Source: Candidatus Woesebacteria bacterium (GTDB lineage: Bacteria > Patescibacteriota > Microgenomatia > UBA8517). Taken from it: DNA of 64,000 nucleotides. Each line of letters opens with the position of its first letter. Position 1 is the first letter of the stretch. Made by a program: the position numbers and the translations under genes. Location: assembly GCA_016432525.1 (NCBI GenBank), contig CP066693.1, positions 352,815-416,814 on the forward strand. The letters run 5' to 3'. Positions 28,412 through 37,752 of this stretch are shown here, in pieces. The notes under the pieces are model-generated. The model ran no database searches. It was given only the letters and a program-made list of their open reading frames with translations, and was not told the DNA's origin.

Positions 28412-30062
28412 ATCGTTCCTTTGAATTTTCAGCTTCACTGTTTAAGTCGAATATAGGTGTTAATTTGGGTGTTCCACTAACTAGTTCGGCATAAGTCGGC
28501 GTTCTCTCAAAAGTTAACTCAAAAAGTTGTTGCTGTCGAAACATGTCAGGCTCGTTTATTAGCAATTCCGAAGGGTGTTCCACTAAATGCCTTGCATATT
28601 TAAGCTTAGTTTTTATATCTTGTTCGCTTTCTTCCTTTTTATCCCTAATTGACCTGGACTCTTGAATCTTATGCTCTAGTTCCTCAATTTTTTCTTCGAC
28701 TTTCGAAATAGCTATTTTATTACTTAAAAACCTCAAGCTGTCAGCAAGTTCGCTTTGTTGAGCTAAAAGTTTAGCCACAGTCTCGCTTGCAACCTCACTT
28801 TCCTTTATAGACCCCGTTCGTTTTTCTTTCCACTTTTCGATAAATACATATTCAAACAACCTTAAAAATGAATCATCCAGTTTAAGATTTATGATGAAGT
28901 CCTCCATCACCTTGTGAACTTCGGACCTCTTTACTCTCCAACTTTCATGACCTCTATCGCAATGATATGCAGGCCGAGGAATTCCGTTCTTTCCAGTCGA
29001 TGCACTTGCCTTAGGAGTCTTATAACACATGGGGCATAAAATCATCTTTTTGTATGGGTAATAAGGGTTATCTTTCAATCTGATCTGTTTCTTTCGATTG
29101 TATTCGATTGAAGCTTCACTGTTTTTAATCTCAAGGTAGACTTTCCCTCTATTTGCCTTATTAAAAGTCTCGATTGAAACCAATCCCTTAAATTTAGCTA
29201 AGACAGGTATATGTTTAGTCCACTTTTCACAGATAACACCTGCATATATTGGTCGAGAAATGTAACTTTGAAACTGTTTTACAGTTAAAGGGACTCCTCC
29301 TATTTTACCTATCGGCTTTTTGGTCTTTGGATCTCGACGGATTCTCATACGAGAAATAAAACCTAGCTGATTTATTCGCTTAACAATTTGTTTGTCATCA
29401 AAAACTCCTTTTTCTCTCAGTTCAAACATTTTAATAATAAAGAAACCTTCTTTGTTATGTTCTTCGAGTACATTTCTTTTGCCATCAGTTTCTGTCTCGA
29501 TTTTTATATTTTGAAAACCATAGGGTGCACTGCGATTCCAGTATCCTCTTCTTGTATATGAGATTTCTTTGCTGATCATTCGGGTCAAAATCGTTCGTAC
29601 TTCCTCTTTTGAGGATTCAGCCTTCCTAAGTTCTTCAGCTTCTGATGGTGAATAAACGCTCCATGAGTACTCCATGCCCAAGTCTTCTAGTGTGTTCCTT
29701 TCTTTTTTGACAGTTTCTTCAATATCTTGAATTTCGATATTGTTTTCTTTTAGTAAATCCTTTAAGCGAGCATAATCTTTCGCCCCTCCACGAGTAAAAC
29801 GAGATATATCCTTAAAAAGCAAAACATCTATGTTGTTCTGGGGGTTGATACAGTAATCTAAAACCTCTTCGAAAAATACTCTTTCTTTTATTCGACCACT
29901 TTCGACTAATGGGAACACTTTTACTCTTTCCCATCCGTTCTTCTCTATGACACGACTACAGTCATCAACCTGACCGTCGACAGAATCTCCATATGTAACT
30001 TGCTTTGTTCCTGAAGCTCTCGCTAAGACTACAGCTCTTTTATGCTCTCTGGGTATGTTCAT
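28371..30062 (-). CDS. Large serine recombinase (serine integrase)
   Basis: N-terminal resolvase fold (AVVLARASGTKQ with catalytic Ser; RFTRGGAKDYARL). Recombinase domain. Zinc-ribbon cysteines CPMCYK...YHCDRGH. C-terminal coiled-coil region. The last 41 nt overlap the tRNA-Glu gene on the opposite strand. Confidence 0.8.
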   Translation of the reverse strand: MNIPREHKRAVVLARASGTKQVTYGDSVDGQVDDCSRVIEKNGWERVKVFPLVESGRIKERVFFEEVLDYCINPQNNIDVLLFKDISRFTRGGAKDYARLKDLLKENNIEIQDIEETVKKERNTLEDLGMEYSWSVYSPSEAEELRKAESSKEEVRTILTRMISKEISYTRRGYWNRSAPYGFQNIKIETETDGKRNVLEEHNKEGFFIIKMFELREKGVFDDKQIVKRINQLGFISRMRIRRDPKTKKPIGKIGGVPLTVKQFQSYISRPIYAGVICEKWTKHIPVLAKFKGLVSIETFNKANRGKVYLEIKNSEASIEYNRKKQIRLKDNPYYPYKKMILCPMCYKTPKASASTGKNGIPRPAYHCDRGHESWRVKRSEVHKVMEDFIINLKLDDSFLRLFEYVFIEKWKEKRTGSIKESEVASETVAKLLAQQSELADSLRFLSNKIAISKVEEKIEELEHKIQESRSIRDKKEESEQDIKTKLKYARHLVEHPSELLINEPDMFRQQQLFELTFERTPTYAELVSGTPKLTPIFDLNSEAENSKERLVTPLGVEPRLPG

Positions 30063-30219
30063 TTTGCTCTTTCATTTTACTCAAAATCTGGGAGTCTTCA
30101 ACTTTTTCGAGCACAAAATCAGCTAGAAAGGATATTTTCTGAATTACTTGTTCGACTTCGGAGTCAGTTAATCCCTTCGATACCTTTCCTAATAATTTTC
30201 TTGCCTGTTTGATTGTCAT
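30040..30219 (-). CDS. Small ORF (59 aa) overlapping the recombinase start, possible accessory/directionality factor (speculative)
   Basis: ATG at 30219; MTIKQARKLLGKVSKGLTDSEVEQVIQKISFLADFVLEKVEDSQILSKMKEQNEHTQRA. Not in the supplied track (under 60 aa). Overlaps the recombinase ATG by 23 nt in another frame. Confidence 0.25.
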   Translation of the reverse strand: MTIKQARKLLGKVSKGLTDSEVEQVIQKISFLADFVLEKVEDSQILSKMKEQNEHTQRA

Positions 30220-30328
30220 GGTGACTCTGTTTTTAGGGCATAAAAAAAGCCCTCAGCCCATTCACATGGACTTAAGGACTACATATGAGTCACCACAAAC
30301 TTTCAGGTTTTACGACGGAAAGTATCGT

Positions 30329-30652
30329 CTATTTAACTGTCCATTCGATCATATCATCTTTTGTGTAAGGTAGCCAGTAATCTCGAGGTGTTTTGTTTAA
30401 CAAGTATTTAGTAAGAAGTTTTAATTTGTTGCCTACAAAAACGAACCTACTTACATGTTCGCATTGTCTGTGTCCACATTTTGCAGATATGAAAATCCCA
30501 TGTTCGCAAGTAATCTGGTCTTTGGAAAATACAAATCCACATTTGGCACAATGAAGATTTTCTGACTGCAAAAACTTGTCTAGCCTAACTTCAATATCTG
30601 AAGTTTCTTCAAATCCATTTATAATGGTAACCATGCTCAAATTATAACTCAA
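30329..30652 (-). CDS. Cys/His-rich zinc-ribbon protein (107 aa), hypothetical
   Basis: HCAKCG...CEHG...KCGHRQCEH arrangement of Cys/His pairs. Confidence 0.45.
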   Translation of the reverse strand: MSYNLSMVTIINGFEETSDIEVRLDKFLQSENLHCAKCGFVFSKDQITCEHGIFISAKCGHRQCEHVSRFVFVGNKLKLLTKYLLNKTPRDYWLPYTKDDMIEWTVK

Positions 30653-30663
30653 GAAGATCTTCC

Positions 30664-31554
30664 TTAAGGCAAGCTTTCACAGGCAATCCCATTTCCGACA
30701 CCTTTTGCGCTGTCAAGCCGCATGGGATCATTTGTTGCGCTGAATCCACAACATTGAAAGAAGCTTTGTGCTTCTGCATGAGTTGAGAAGTCGGAGCAAT
30801 CTTTGTCGGGACCTGAACAAGAGTATTTACAGCTTCTGCCACCGTTTGTCGGAGCTGTCGGAGTCGATTGAGTAGTTTGCGATCGACATGCACTCCAAAG
30901 ACCTTTATTGGCGCTTCTAGCAGCGTTTTGGGCCTCGAGAAATTGATTTTGATACTTCACATCGGGAGGGTAAGTATAAGAATTGGCGTAGCCTTCACGA
31001 ACTAAAGAATCATTTACGAAAGTGTCTCCGACATATACATAGCGGGGCAATCGACCATACCGATCTGTCTCCGACACATCTTTTTCGAATCTTACCCCTT
31101 TGCCTTCGACCAATTGCCGATTTCGAGCTGTAGCCTCGCTTGCAAAGCATTCATTTTGAGTGAGCTCGGGAGTATCAATTCCGATATACCGCACACGCCT
31201 TCCATCGGAAAGCTCAATTGTGTCTCCGTCTATTACTCTTGAAACAGTAAAGACTTCCTGTTTGTCGGAACCTCCGACGCCGATGTTTTCTCCGACAGTT
31301 GTTGTCGGAGTTTGTGTCGGCAAAATCTCCGACTTAATGTCGGAAGTCGGAGGAGTATTATTGTCGGCAACTTTTGTCGGGAGGGTTGCTCCAAATCCAA
31401 AAAAAGATAAAACAAGCAAACCAATAAATCCAATTGTTAATTGTTTTCGGCTCAGATGTCTCTTCAATAGCCTTGAAAACAAACTTGGTTTAGCAATTCC
31501 CATAAGCAAGCCAATTGGAGAAAGCAAAAAAAGTGTTAGAAATAGGCCGTTCAT
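30664..31554 (-). CDS. Membrane-anchored thermonuclease (SNase-like) with C-terminal Excalibur Ca-binding domain
   Basis: SNase motifs VIDGDTIEL, RYIGIDTPE, RYGRLPRYVYV. C-terminal DPMRLDSAKGVGNGIACE (Excalibur DxDxDGxxCE-like). N-terminal TM helices. Start uncertain: ATG 31554 (MNGLF...), 31503, or track start 31623. Confidence 0.7.
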   Translation of the reverse strand: MNGLFLTLFLLSPIGLLMGIAKPSLFSRLLKRHLSRKQLTIGFIGLLVLSFFGFGATLPTKVADNNTPPTSDIKSEILPTQTPTTTVGENIGVGGSDKQEVFTVSRVIDGDTIELSDGRRVRYIGIDTPELTQNECFASEATARNRQLVEGKGVRFEKDVSETDRYGRLPRYVYVGDTFVNDSLVREGYANSYTYPPDVKYQNQFLEAQNAARSANKGLWSACRSQTTQSTPTAPTNGGRSCKYSCSGPDKDCSDFSTHAEAQSFFQCCGFSATNDPMRLDSAKGVGNGIACESLP

Positions 31555-31631
31555 ACTAGGCTGAATTATACCAGAAATGATGACAAGGAGTCGGAGGTAA
31601 AAGAGACAGGGAGTCACTACCATAAAAAGTA

Positions 31632-31859
31632 ATGGGAAAACCTATTACTCATAAACATATATTAGAAAAATTTGGCCGAAAGGTCCAACAAACTCGCAAG
31701 AGCAAAGGAGTTACCCAAGACGCATTGGCAGCTAGTATTTCTATGGACCGAACATATATTGGATTGATAGAACGAGGAGAAAGGAATCCGACAATAAGGA
31801 CACTTTATAAGATCTCTAAATCATTAAAGGTAGAGGCGAAGGAGTTACTTCCCTTTTAA
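31632..31859 (+). CDS. XRE-family helix-turn-helix transcriptional regulator (Cro/CI-like)
   Basis: KGVTQDALAASISMDRTYIGLIERGERNPTIRTLYKISKSL is a classic HTH_3. Confidence 0.75.
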   Translation: MGKPITHKHILEKFGRKVQQTRKSKGVTQDALAASISMDRTYIGLIERGERNPTIRTLYKISKSLKVEAKELLPF

Positions 31860-32302
31860 GCTTCGTTTGGAACTATATAATTTATCTGCGGAACTTCATT
31901 GATTCCCCCAAAATCTTTATGTTTTGTTTGTGCAACTTCGGTTCGAGTTACAAAGAACGGCTGAGAGGAACGATGCTTTGTTGCTACCAGTGTGATTATT
32001 CTTACCTCTTCCTTTGAGAGAACATAGTTTGGATTTTGAATCAATTTTGCGTGAGTATTGGCTATCACTTTATATGCAATATTATTAGCAAGCTCTCCTA
32101 CAAGTCCTTGAAAGTAGTCTATTTTGTCCGAAAACCAATCTTTTTGAGCATACTTTTCGTACATAGATGTTCGATGTCCATTTAACCCTGCCCTCTCTAT
32201 CGCACTATTTAAGCTATAACCCTGCATTAAAAAAGGCCTCATCTCATCAAGCCACCTTTGGTATTCTTCATCTGTAACTTTAGGGCGGCCCATATAAGAC
32301 AT
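31856..32302 (-). CDS. Phage-like HTH protein (terminase small-subunit-like N-terminus), hypothetical
   Basis: MSYMGRPKVTDEEYQRWLDEMRPFLMQGYSLNSAIERAGL resembles the MGRPxK...HTH N-termini of phage small terminase/DNA-binding proteins. Only 14 nt separate its ATG from the divergent downstream gene. Confidence 0.35.
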   Translation of the reverse strand: MSYMGRPKVTDEEYQRWLDEMRPFLMQGYSLNSAIERAGLNGHRTSMYEKYAQKDWFSDKIDYFQGLVGELANNIAYKVIANTHAKLIQNPNYVLSKEEVRIITLVATKHRSSQPFFVTRTEVAQTKHKDFGGINEVPQINYIVPNEA

Positions 32303-32316
32303 ATCGTAAGTTTACG

Positions 32317-33381
32317 ATGTGGTATCATCTAGCGGAAATGGCAAACTTGCAAGATTATCAACTATTTTATGCTCTCGCCAACGGAAGGGCTATAGATACC
32401 GCTACTTTAATTGAAGAGTATGAACAAATTAAGCCACTTGAAGGGGATGCCTTCTTTGAAAAATATGGTTTAGGAAACATTAACGGTATAACTCTTTATC
32501 CTTATGAAAGGTTAAAAGGATACGAGATAGTTTTAGATGTTCTGGAAAGCCATAATCCTACTCATTTTAGAGAAATACATAAAGGTACACCATATTACTT
32601 CATGGCTTGGCTGTCGATTCAAATGGAAGATTATGAGAAGGGAGTCTTTTACATTGATACTTCAATAAGCGAAGATTTGAGATTGCTTGGTTCTGCCTGG
32701 GACATTAACGCTTCTGAGCCTACGCCAGGAATTAAATTTACTTTGCTTATTGATGCAAACATTCAAGTGGCTTCAGACGCCGCAATTAAACTTGAGACAT
32801 TGGTTAGCCAAGAGTTAATGGCTTTTAGTAGTGCTGCACAGGTGAGTTTAAGCAAGGATCTCTTTATCCAAAAATTTATTAAAGATTCTGGGCTCTTTAG
32901 AAATGGTACTTTCAGGACGATCGTCACAAGCTTGTATAGTTATATTTTGGAGTTTCAGTCAAGACGAACACAGTTAAAAATAAGAAGCTCAGAAGAAGGC
33001 TCTATCGAACCATTTTTGACTCATTTATTCAAAGGATGTGTCATCCTTGAGTCCTTGCTCAAGCTAAAAGCTCCTGGAGATACTGCTCAAACATTGGATC
33101 CTGCTATCAGAGCTCATAACGCCACTTTAGGAATTGACTTAGACACTTTTCCGAGAAAAACATCTTTTGAACAAGTAATAAACAATATGGTCAACTTGAA
33201 GGCACAAAACGCTGATTATAAGAATGTTTGTTTTGCCACAGCTTATGGGATGAGAAACACAACTGGGCATCAGCTTGCTTGGCCAGATGTATTTAGAACA
33301 GCACCTGAAACATATGAACAAGCATACGAATCAATACTCGGGGCAATTTTTTGGTCAATTTACAAACTTTGGGTAGAGTAA
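32317..33381 (+). CDS. HEPN-like (Rx4H motif) Abi-type protein, hypothetical (354 aa)
   Basis: C-terminal YGMRNTTGHQLAW carries an R-x4-H HEPN signature. No other motif recognised. Confidence 0.45.
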   Translation: MWYHLAEMANLQDYQLFYALANGRAIDTATLIEEYEQIKPLEGDAFFEKYGLGNINGITLYPYERLKGYEIVLDVLESHNPTHFREIHKGTPYYFMAWLSIQMEDYEKGVFYIDTSISEDLRLLGSAWDINASEPTPGIKFTLLIDANIQVASDAAIKLETLVSQELMAFSSAAQVSLSKDLFIQKFIKDSGLFRNGTFRTIVTSLYSYILEFQSRRTQLKIRSSEEGSIEPFLTHLFKGCVILESLLKLKAPGDTAQTLDPAIRAHNATLGIDLDTFPRKTSFEQVINNMVNLKAQNADYKNVCFATAYGMRNTTGHQLAWPDVFRTAPETYEQAYESILGAIFWSIYKLWVE

Positions 33382-33471
33382 AATTTTACATATGTTCAAG
33401 AACATTTTTCCTTCAATCGAAACAGCCTTAGAGATGGAACCAGAAGAACTTGCCCCTTTTGTACTGCGACA

Positions 33472-34092
33472 TTGCAAAAGTTAGAACGCATAAATAGGTA
33501 CAACTACACTTTAAGTTCAGGTTCGGACATTAGAGATTATGCAGGAGATCATTTAAGTGAATTTCAAAAGAGATTAACGGAAGCATTTATTTGGCTTGAA
33601 AGAGAAATGTTTATTGCTCCTAAGCCAGATGAGACAGGAGAATGGCGATATATCACGAGAAGAGGAGAGAGAGTATTACAAAGTGAAGACTTTGCCTCAT
33701 ATGCGAAGGAGTCTCTCTTGCAATCTGACCAATTACATCCTGTTTTAGTTAGAAAAGTAAAACAGCTCTTTTTGCGAGGTGATTACGATACTGCAATTTT
33801 TCAGGCCTTTAAGGCAGTCGAAGTAGCAGTTAGGAAGGCGGGAAAATACGAGAAAAGTGATATTGGAGTTCCTCTGATGAGAAAGGCTTTTAACCCCAAT
33901 ACAGGTACTCTTACAAATAGCCACTCTGAGTCTTCGGAGAAAGAAGCAATGAGTAATCTATTCGCAGGGGCAATAGGATTATTCAAAAACCCTGCGAGCC
34001 ATAGAGATATTGAAGGGATAACTCCCGAAGAAGCGAGTGATTATATCAGGGTTGCTAACTGTTTAATAAAAATGGTCGATTCTGAGAAGTAA
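33472..34092 (+). CDS. TIGR02391/Abi_C-like (HEPN-related) protein
   Basis: NLFAGAIGLFKNPASHRD corresponds to the conserved F.G....RNP.AH block of the TIGR02391/Abi_C family, here with K in place of R. TTG start. Confidence 0.5.
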   Translation: MQKLERINRYNYTLSSGSDIRDYAGDHLSEFQKRLTEAFIWLEREMFIAPKPDETGEWRYITRRGERVLQSEDFASYAKESLLQSDQLHPVLVRKVKQLFLRGDYDTAIFQAFKAVEVAVRKAGKYEKSDIGVPLMRKAFNPNTGTLTNSHSESSEKEAMSNLFAGAIGLFKNPASHRDIEGITPEEASDYIRVANCLIKMVDSEK

Positions 34093-34207
34093 CAATTGAG
34101 CGCTTTTAACAGTCACAGGATTAAAATCGCGTGCAATTTCTTCTAAAATGTCTGAGCCAGTGTTATAATTCGCACTACTATCTCGTTATTACGAAAAGGA
34201 GGTTGAA

Positions 34208-34583
34208 AATGTCTCTATTTGTATGTCCTGTTTGTCCATGGAGAGGCAGAGATCATAAGTACCGTCATGCTAAAGCTGGCGAGACAACTATCAGATTCGA
34301 CGATGGCCATATTTGGACTTTTCCGAATTTGATCTTACATTACATTCATGACCATAAATGGCTACCGCCAGAAAATTTTGTGAAAGATGTAATGGAAGGA
34401 CACCTCTCTTTCTCGCCTTTTGGCAATCAAGAGGTGGTTCCTCAGAGAGTTGGATACCTAGCTGAAAGTGACTTTGTACAAGGAGAGATACCAAAGGGTC
34501 TTGTCGACAGACTTCAGAATCTGATTGAACAAGTAAGCCAACACGACGATGATCTCAGGTATTACGGTCCAGGCGAAAAATAA
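34208..34583 (+). CDS. Zinc-ribbon protein (hypothetical)
   Basis: Strong SD AAAGGAGG then ATG. MSLFVCPVCPWRGRDHKYRH...HYIHDHKW Cys/His cluster. Confidence 0.5.
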
Positions 34584-34590
34584 TTCATAT

Positions 34591-34628
34591 AAACCCGATG
34601 CAATTTCTCGTTCATCGGGTTTTTCTTT
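34591..34628 (+). terminator. Rho-independent terminator
   Basis: AAACCCGATG...CATCGGGTTT is a 9-10-bp stem followed by TTTTCTTT. Confidence 0.6.
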
Positions 34629-34653
34629 AAGAAATGCTAAAATATACTCTGTT

Positions 34654-35622
34654 ATGAAAGTATATTTCTCACCAAAATATTACAAAGGTGTCACTCATTT
34701 GGATAGCACAGGCAAGAAAGAATACATGATAGATTCTATTGCCAAGCCATTGTGGGTTTCGGAAAAGGCACAAGAAATTGAAGGAATCGATCTTGTTGAA
34801 CCCAGTCAGATTTCGCGCGAAGATATACTCTCCGTTCATACAGAAGATTATGTAAAATCGATAGAAACCTCAGTACCCATCGATCTAGCTTCCTCATCGG
34901 GACTTAGGTGGGTACCTTCCTTATATGAAGCGACTCTCTATTCAGTAAGTGGCTTGTATAGAGCTATTCAGACGGCCCGAAAAGAATATGTTTCAGGCAC
35001 TTTGTCCACAAATTTTCATCATGCAAAAAAGGGAAAGGGATCTGGTTTCTGCGTCTTCAATGGAGTGGCGATTTCAGTTCTCAAGGCATTAAGAGAATTA
35101 GATTTTGAGAGAATTTTGATAGTAGATTGCGATTTCCATTACGGGGATGGGAGCGCTGAAACACTGAAACAAACGATTGGCGCTTATATATATGACATTT
35201 ATGGAGGGTTTCATCAGGCAAATAACGAAGTCACAGAAGCGAAAAATATTACTAATGAGAAAGTATCTTCAGTCGAAGAATATGATTTAGCGCTTGAGAG
35301 AATGTTTACCTTCTCAAATAATTACAAGCCAGATTTAGTTATTTATGATGCGGGAATGGATTTTTATGAAGGCGATCGAATTGGTGGGATTAGAGGTATA
35401 GATAAAGATTTCTTATATAGAAGGGATTCGTTGATATTTAACTTCTTTCTAAAAAATAATATCCCAGTCGCTTTTATGTTAGGCGGAGGCTATGTGCCTT
35501 ATAAAGATGAAGATGGAAATATGCTATCTGAAGAAGAAATTAACAAAAAAAGAGAAGAATTAACAGAATTGTACTTAAATACCCTAAAAATTGCTTCTCA
35601 GACCGTAGATTTAACAGTGTAG
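34654..35622 (+). CDS. Histone-deacetylase/AcuC/acetylpolyamine-amidohydrolase family protein
   Basis: HDAC signatures HHAKKGKGSGFCVFNGVAI and IVDCDFHYGDG, and a C-terminal GGGY motif. ATG at 34654 (MKVYFSPKYY). Confidence 0.7.
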   Translation: MKVYFSPKYYKGVTHLDSTGKKEYMIDSIAKPLWVSEKAQEIEGIDLVEPSQISREDILSVHTEDYVKSIETSVPIDLASSSGLRWVPSLYEATLYSVSGLYRAIQTARKEYVSGTLSTNFHHAKKGKGSGFCVFNGVAISVLKALRELDFERILIVDCDFHYGDGSAETLKQTIGAYIYDIYGGFHQANNEVTEAKNITNEKVSSVEEYDLALERMFTFSNNYKPDLVIYDAGMDFYEGDRIGGIRGIDKDFLYRRDSLIFNFFLKNNIPVAFMLGGGYVPYKDEDGNMLSEEEINKKREELTELYLNTLKIASQTVDLTV

Positions 35623-35648
35623 TGCCCACGGTCTGAGAAAGTTATATT

Positions 35649-36902
35649 CTAGCTTGCTTTTACAAGCATTGCTTTGCGCAAGATCGTATTGGCCAGATAG
35701 AAACGATGTTCAATTCTCGGCGCATTACGCTTCAATAGCCTTTTCCTTACAACAAGTGCTTCATCAACCATGCTTAGATTCATTAACCCAGACATCTTGA
35801 GCTCAGTTGAGAGCATTTGACTAGGTGTTAAGGAATCTACCTTTATAGAGGCTATCAAGGCTTCTATTGCAGTGTCGACATCATACACAAGCACTTCTTC
35901 GGTTGTTATCTCTCCTGTTTCGGATACATTGTGCTTATTTCGGCAAGGAATTGCTAAGCATACGATGTTAGAGTAGCCTGCAAAAATCGAAATTGCGGTT
36001 GCATCAGATGTTCCTGAACTTACAGTATATTGAAACTTTCGTTCAGTTGCGTTTAATGCGTTCAGCATGATAGCTTCTGCCCGATTGATTTCAGATCCAG
36101 ATAACTGCCCAAACACAACACTTGTGTCATTAACTTTGAGTAGGACTCCGTCCGTATAAGTCGGGTCAACCAAGTTAAGTTGACTAAAAGTGAGATTTGG
36201 CATCATCTCCATTGCTTCAAGTACCACAAAGATAGTTTGATTATCAAAATCAAGATCAATCTCGGGGATACCTTTTTGAGCCATCTGCCTCATCATAGAA
36301 AGCTGATAGACTTCTTCAACAGAATTTAGGATCAAAGTCACATCGATTTCAGCTTGATTAGCTACAAGTCGTTCTAAAGCTTGTAGAGCAACAATTGTCG
36401 GAATGTGGTTATCCGCACTTCGCATTGATATTGCTTCTTGCGTAATTCTCGTTTCAATATCCCATATACCGACACTTTCGCTTGGCAAAGAATCAAAGTT
36501 TACCAACTGCAAATTTGATCCTTTAACCTCGCAACTAGATGCTTGGATCAATTCTCCTACGGGAGAATAGACTTGAACAGGATGTTGACCTTGTTTAATG
36601 TGGCTAATTCCTCGTACGCCGACTCCTCCTAGACTGCCGACGGGGTGTCCTTGTCCATTTTTGTCAAAGACTATTGCAGGGTGATCTAGATGGCTTACCC
36701 ATACAAATTTTGTATCCGCCTTTGAATGTCTAACTCGCAGGTATACCCCATAGGGATCCGAATGGATTTTGACTAAGTAGCTTTTTCCGATACTTAACCC
36801 AAGCTGTCTTAGCAGATTCAATACGGCACTTTCAATGCTGATTGTATGGAAAGGCGAGTTTGGAATTGCATCGAGCAATTGAACTAGTTCTGTAATGTGC
36901 AT
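35649..36902 (-). CDS. Zn-dependent peptidase/deacylase-like protein (M20/M28/M42-like), tentative
   Basis: VWVSHLDHPAIVFDK (HxD metal motif) and later acidic/His residues. Fold assignment uncertain. Confidence 0.3.
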   Translation of the reverse strand: MHITELVQLLDAIPNSPFHTISIESAVLNLLRQLGLSIGKSYLVKIHSDPYGVYLRVRHSKADTKFVWVSHLDHPAIVFDKNGQGHPVGSLGGVGVRGISHIKQGQHPVQVYSPVGELIQASSCEVKGSNLQLVNFDSLPSESVGIWDIETRITQEAISMRSADNHIPTIVALQALERLVANQAEIDVTLILNSVEEVYQLSMMRQMAQKGIPEIDLDFDNQTIFVVLEAMEMMPNLTFSQLNLVDPTYTDGVLLKVNDTSVVFGQLSGSEINRAEAIMLNALNATERKFQYTVSSGTSDATAISIFAGYSNIVCLAIPCRNKHNVSETGEITTEEVLVYDVDTAIEALIASIKVDSLTPSQMLSTELKMSGLMNLSMVDEALVVRKRLLKRNAPRIEHRFYLANTILRKAMLVKAS

Positions 36903-36976
36903 GCTCTTGCCCTTTCTTTGACTTCCGTCTATAAAATGGTAGAATTCAAAAGCCTATAATTTTAGCACATTGGAGG

Positions 36977-37746
36977 TTGAAAATGAATCTCGGTCTTGTT
37001 TCGACCCGCTGGGACGACGAGGTGATGCAAATCTTAAGAGCTGAATTCTACGGAAAATACACAGAAGAAGAGTTTCTTGAAATGATGAGGAAAGATATGG
37101 AAAACGACTCGCAGTCGTTGATCAACTCCTCTGAAATTCAAAGAGCTACCGATGTATTTTTCGTTCGGGAAGAAGAAATTGTGGTTGCCATCCTGATGCT
37201 CAAGTATTACAAATGGGCATTACTAGGTCCGCAACTCTTCTTTGAGGTGCTGTCCGACAGTCAAATAACAACGGCAATTGCATTAAAGCCGTTCAATCAG
37301 CTTGTGGTTTCTGATGGGCTACATGCTGGCGAACTGGCATATTTTTGGGTAAATCCAACAAGAGAGGTGAGGGTATAGGTAGAAATCTGTTTGAATATAC
37401 AGCAGATGAGTTTAGGCGTTTGCTCCAAGCAAATGATCTAGCTTTTACTCTATCTCTCGGCAACAAATCTCATTTGCACGCAGGACGAGATCTCAAAACC
37501 CTCCTACTTGGCCACGAAAGGCAAGTAAACGGCGTCGACGAGCAAACGGGTAAAATACGAGTCATGAGTACTCCGCTAGCGTTATCTATTGTGGAGAACC
37601 AACTTGGTTTTCCTACAAGCGAGATTTCGTCTAGTCAAGGGTCTATCGCAACTGAAGTGTTAGCTAAGAAATTTGGCATGACCTTTCGAGGATATTCTCG
37701 TAATCTTAGCTTATTGTTTGCAACGACCATCGGTAATCTTTCGTAG
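36977..37746 (+). pseudogene. GNAT-family N-acetyltransferase interrupted by a frameshift
   Basis: Frame 1 ends ...ELAYFWVNPTREVRV* at 37378. Frame 3 continues from 37345 with KRGEGIGRNLFEY. Together these rebuild the GNAT motif A (V.P..RG.GIG), so the shift lies near 37357-37360. Confidence 0.55.
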
Positions 37747-37752
37747 ACGAAA

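Noticed and set aside
30642-30893. 83-aa minus-strand ORF overlapping the nuclease 3' end
   Set aside because: It lies out of frame inside the thermonuclease-Excalibur gene, which carries clear domain motifs.
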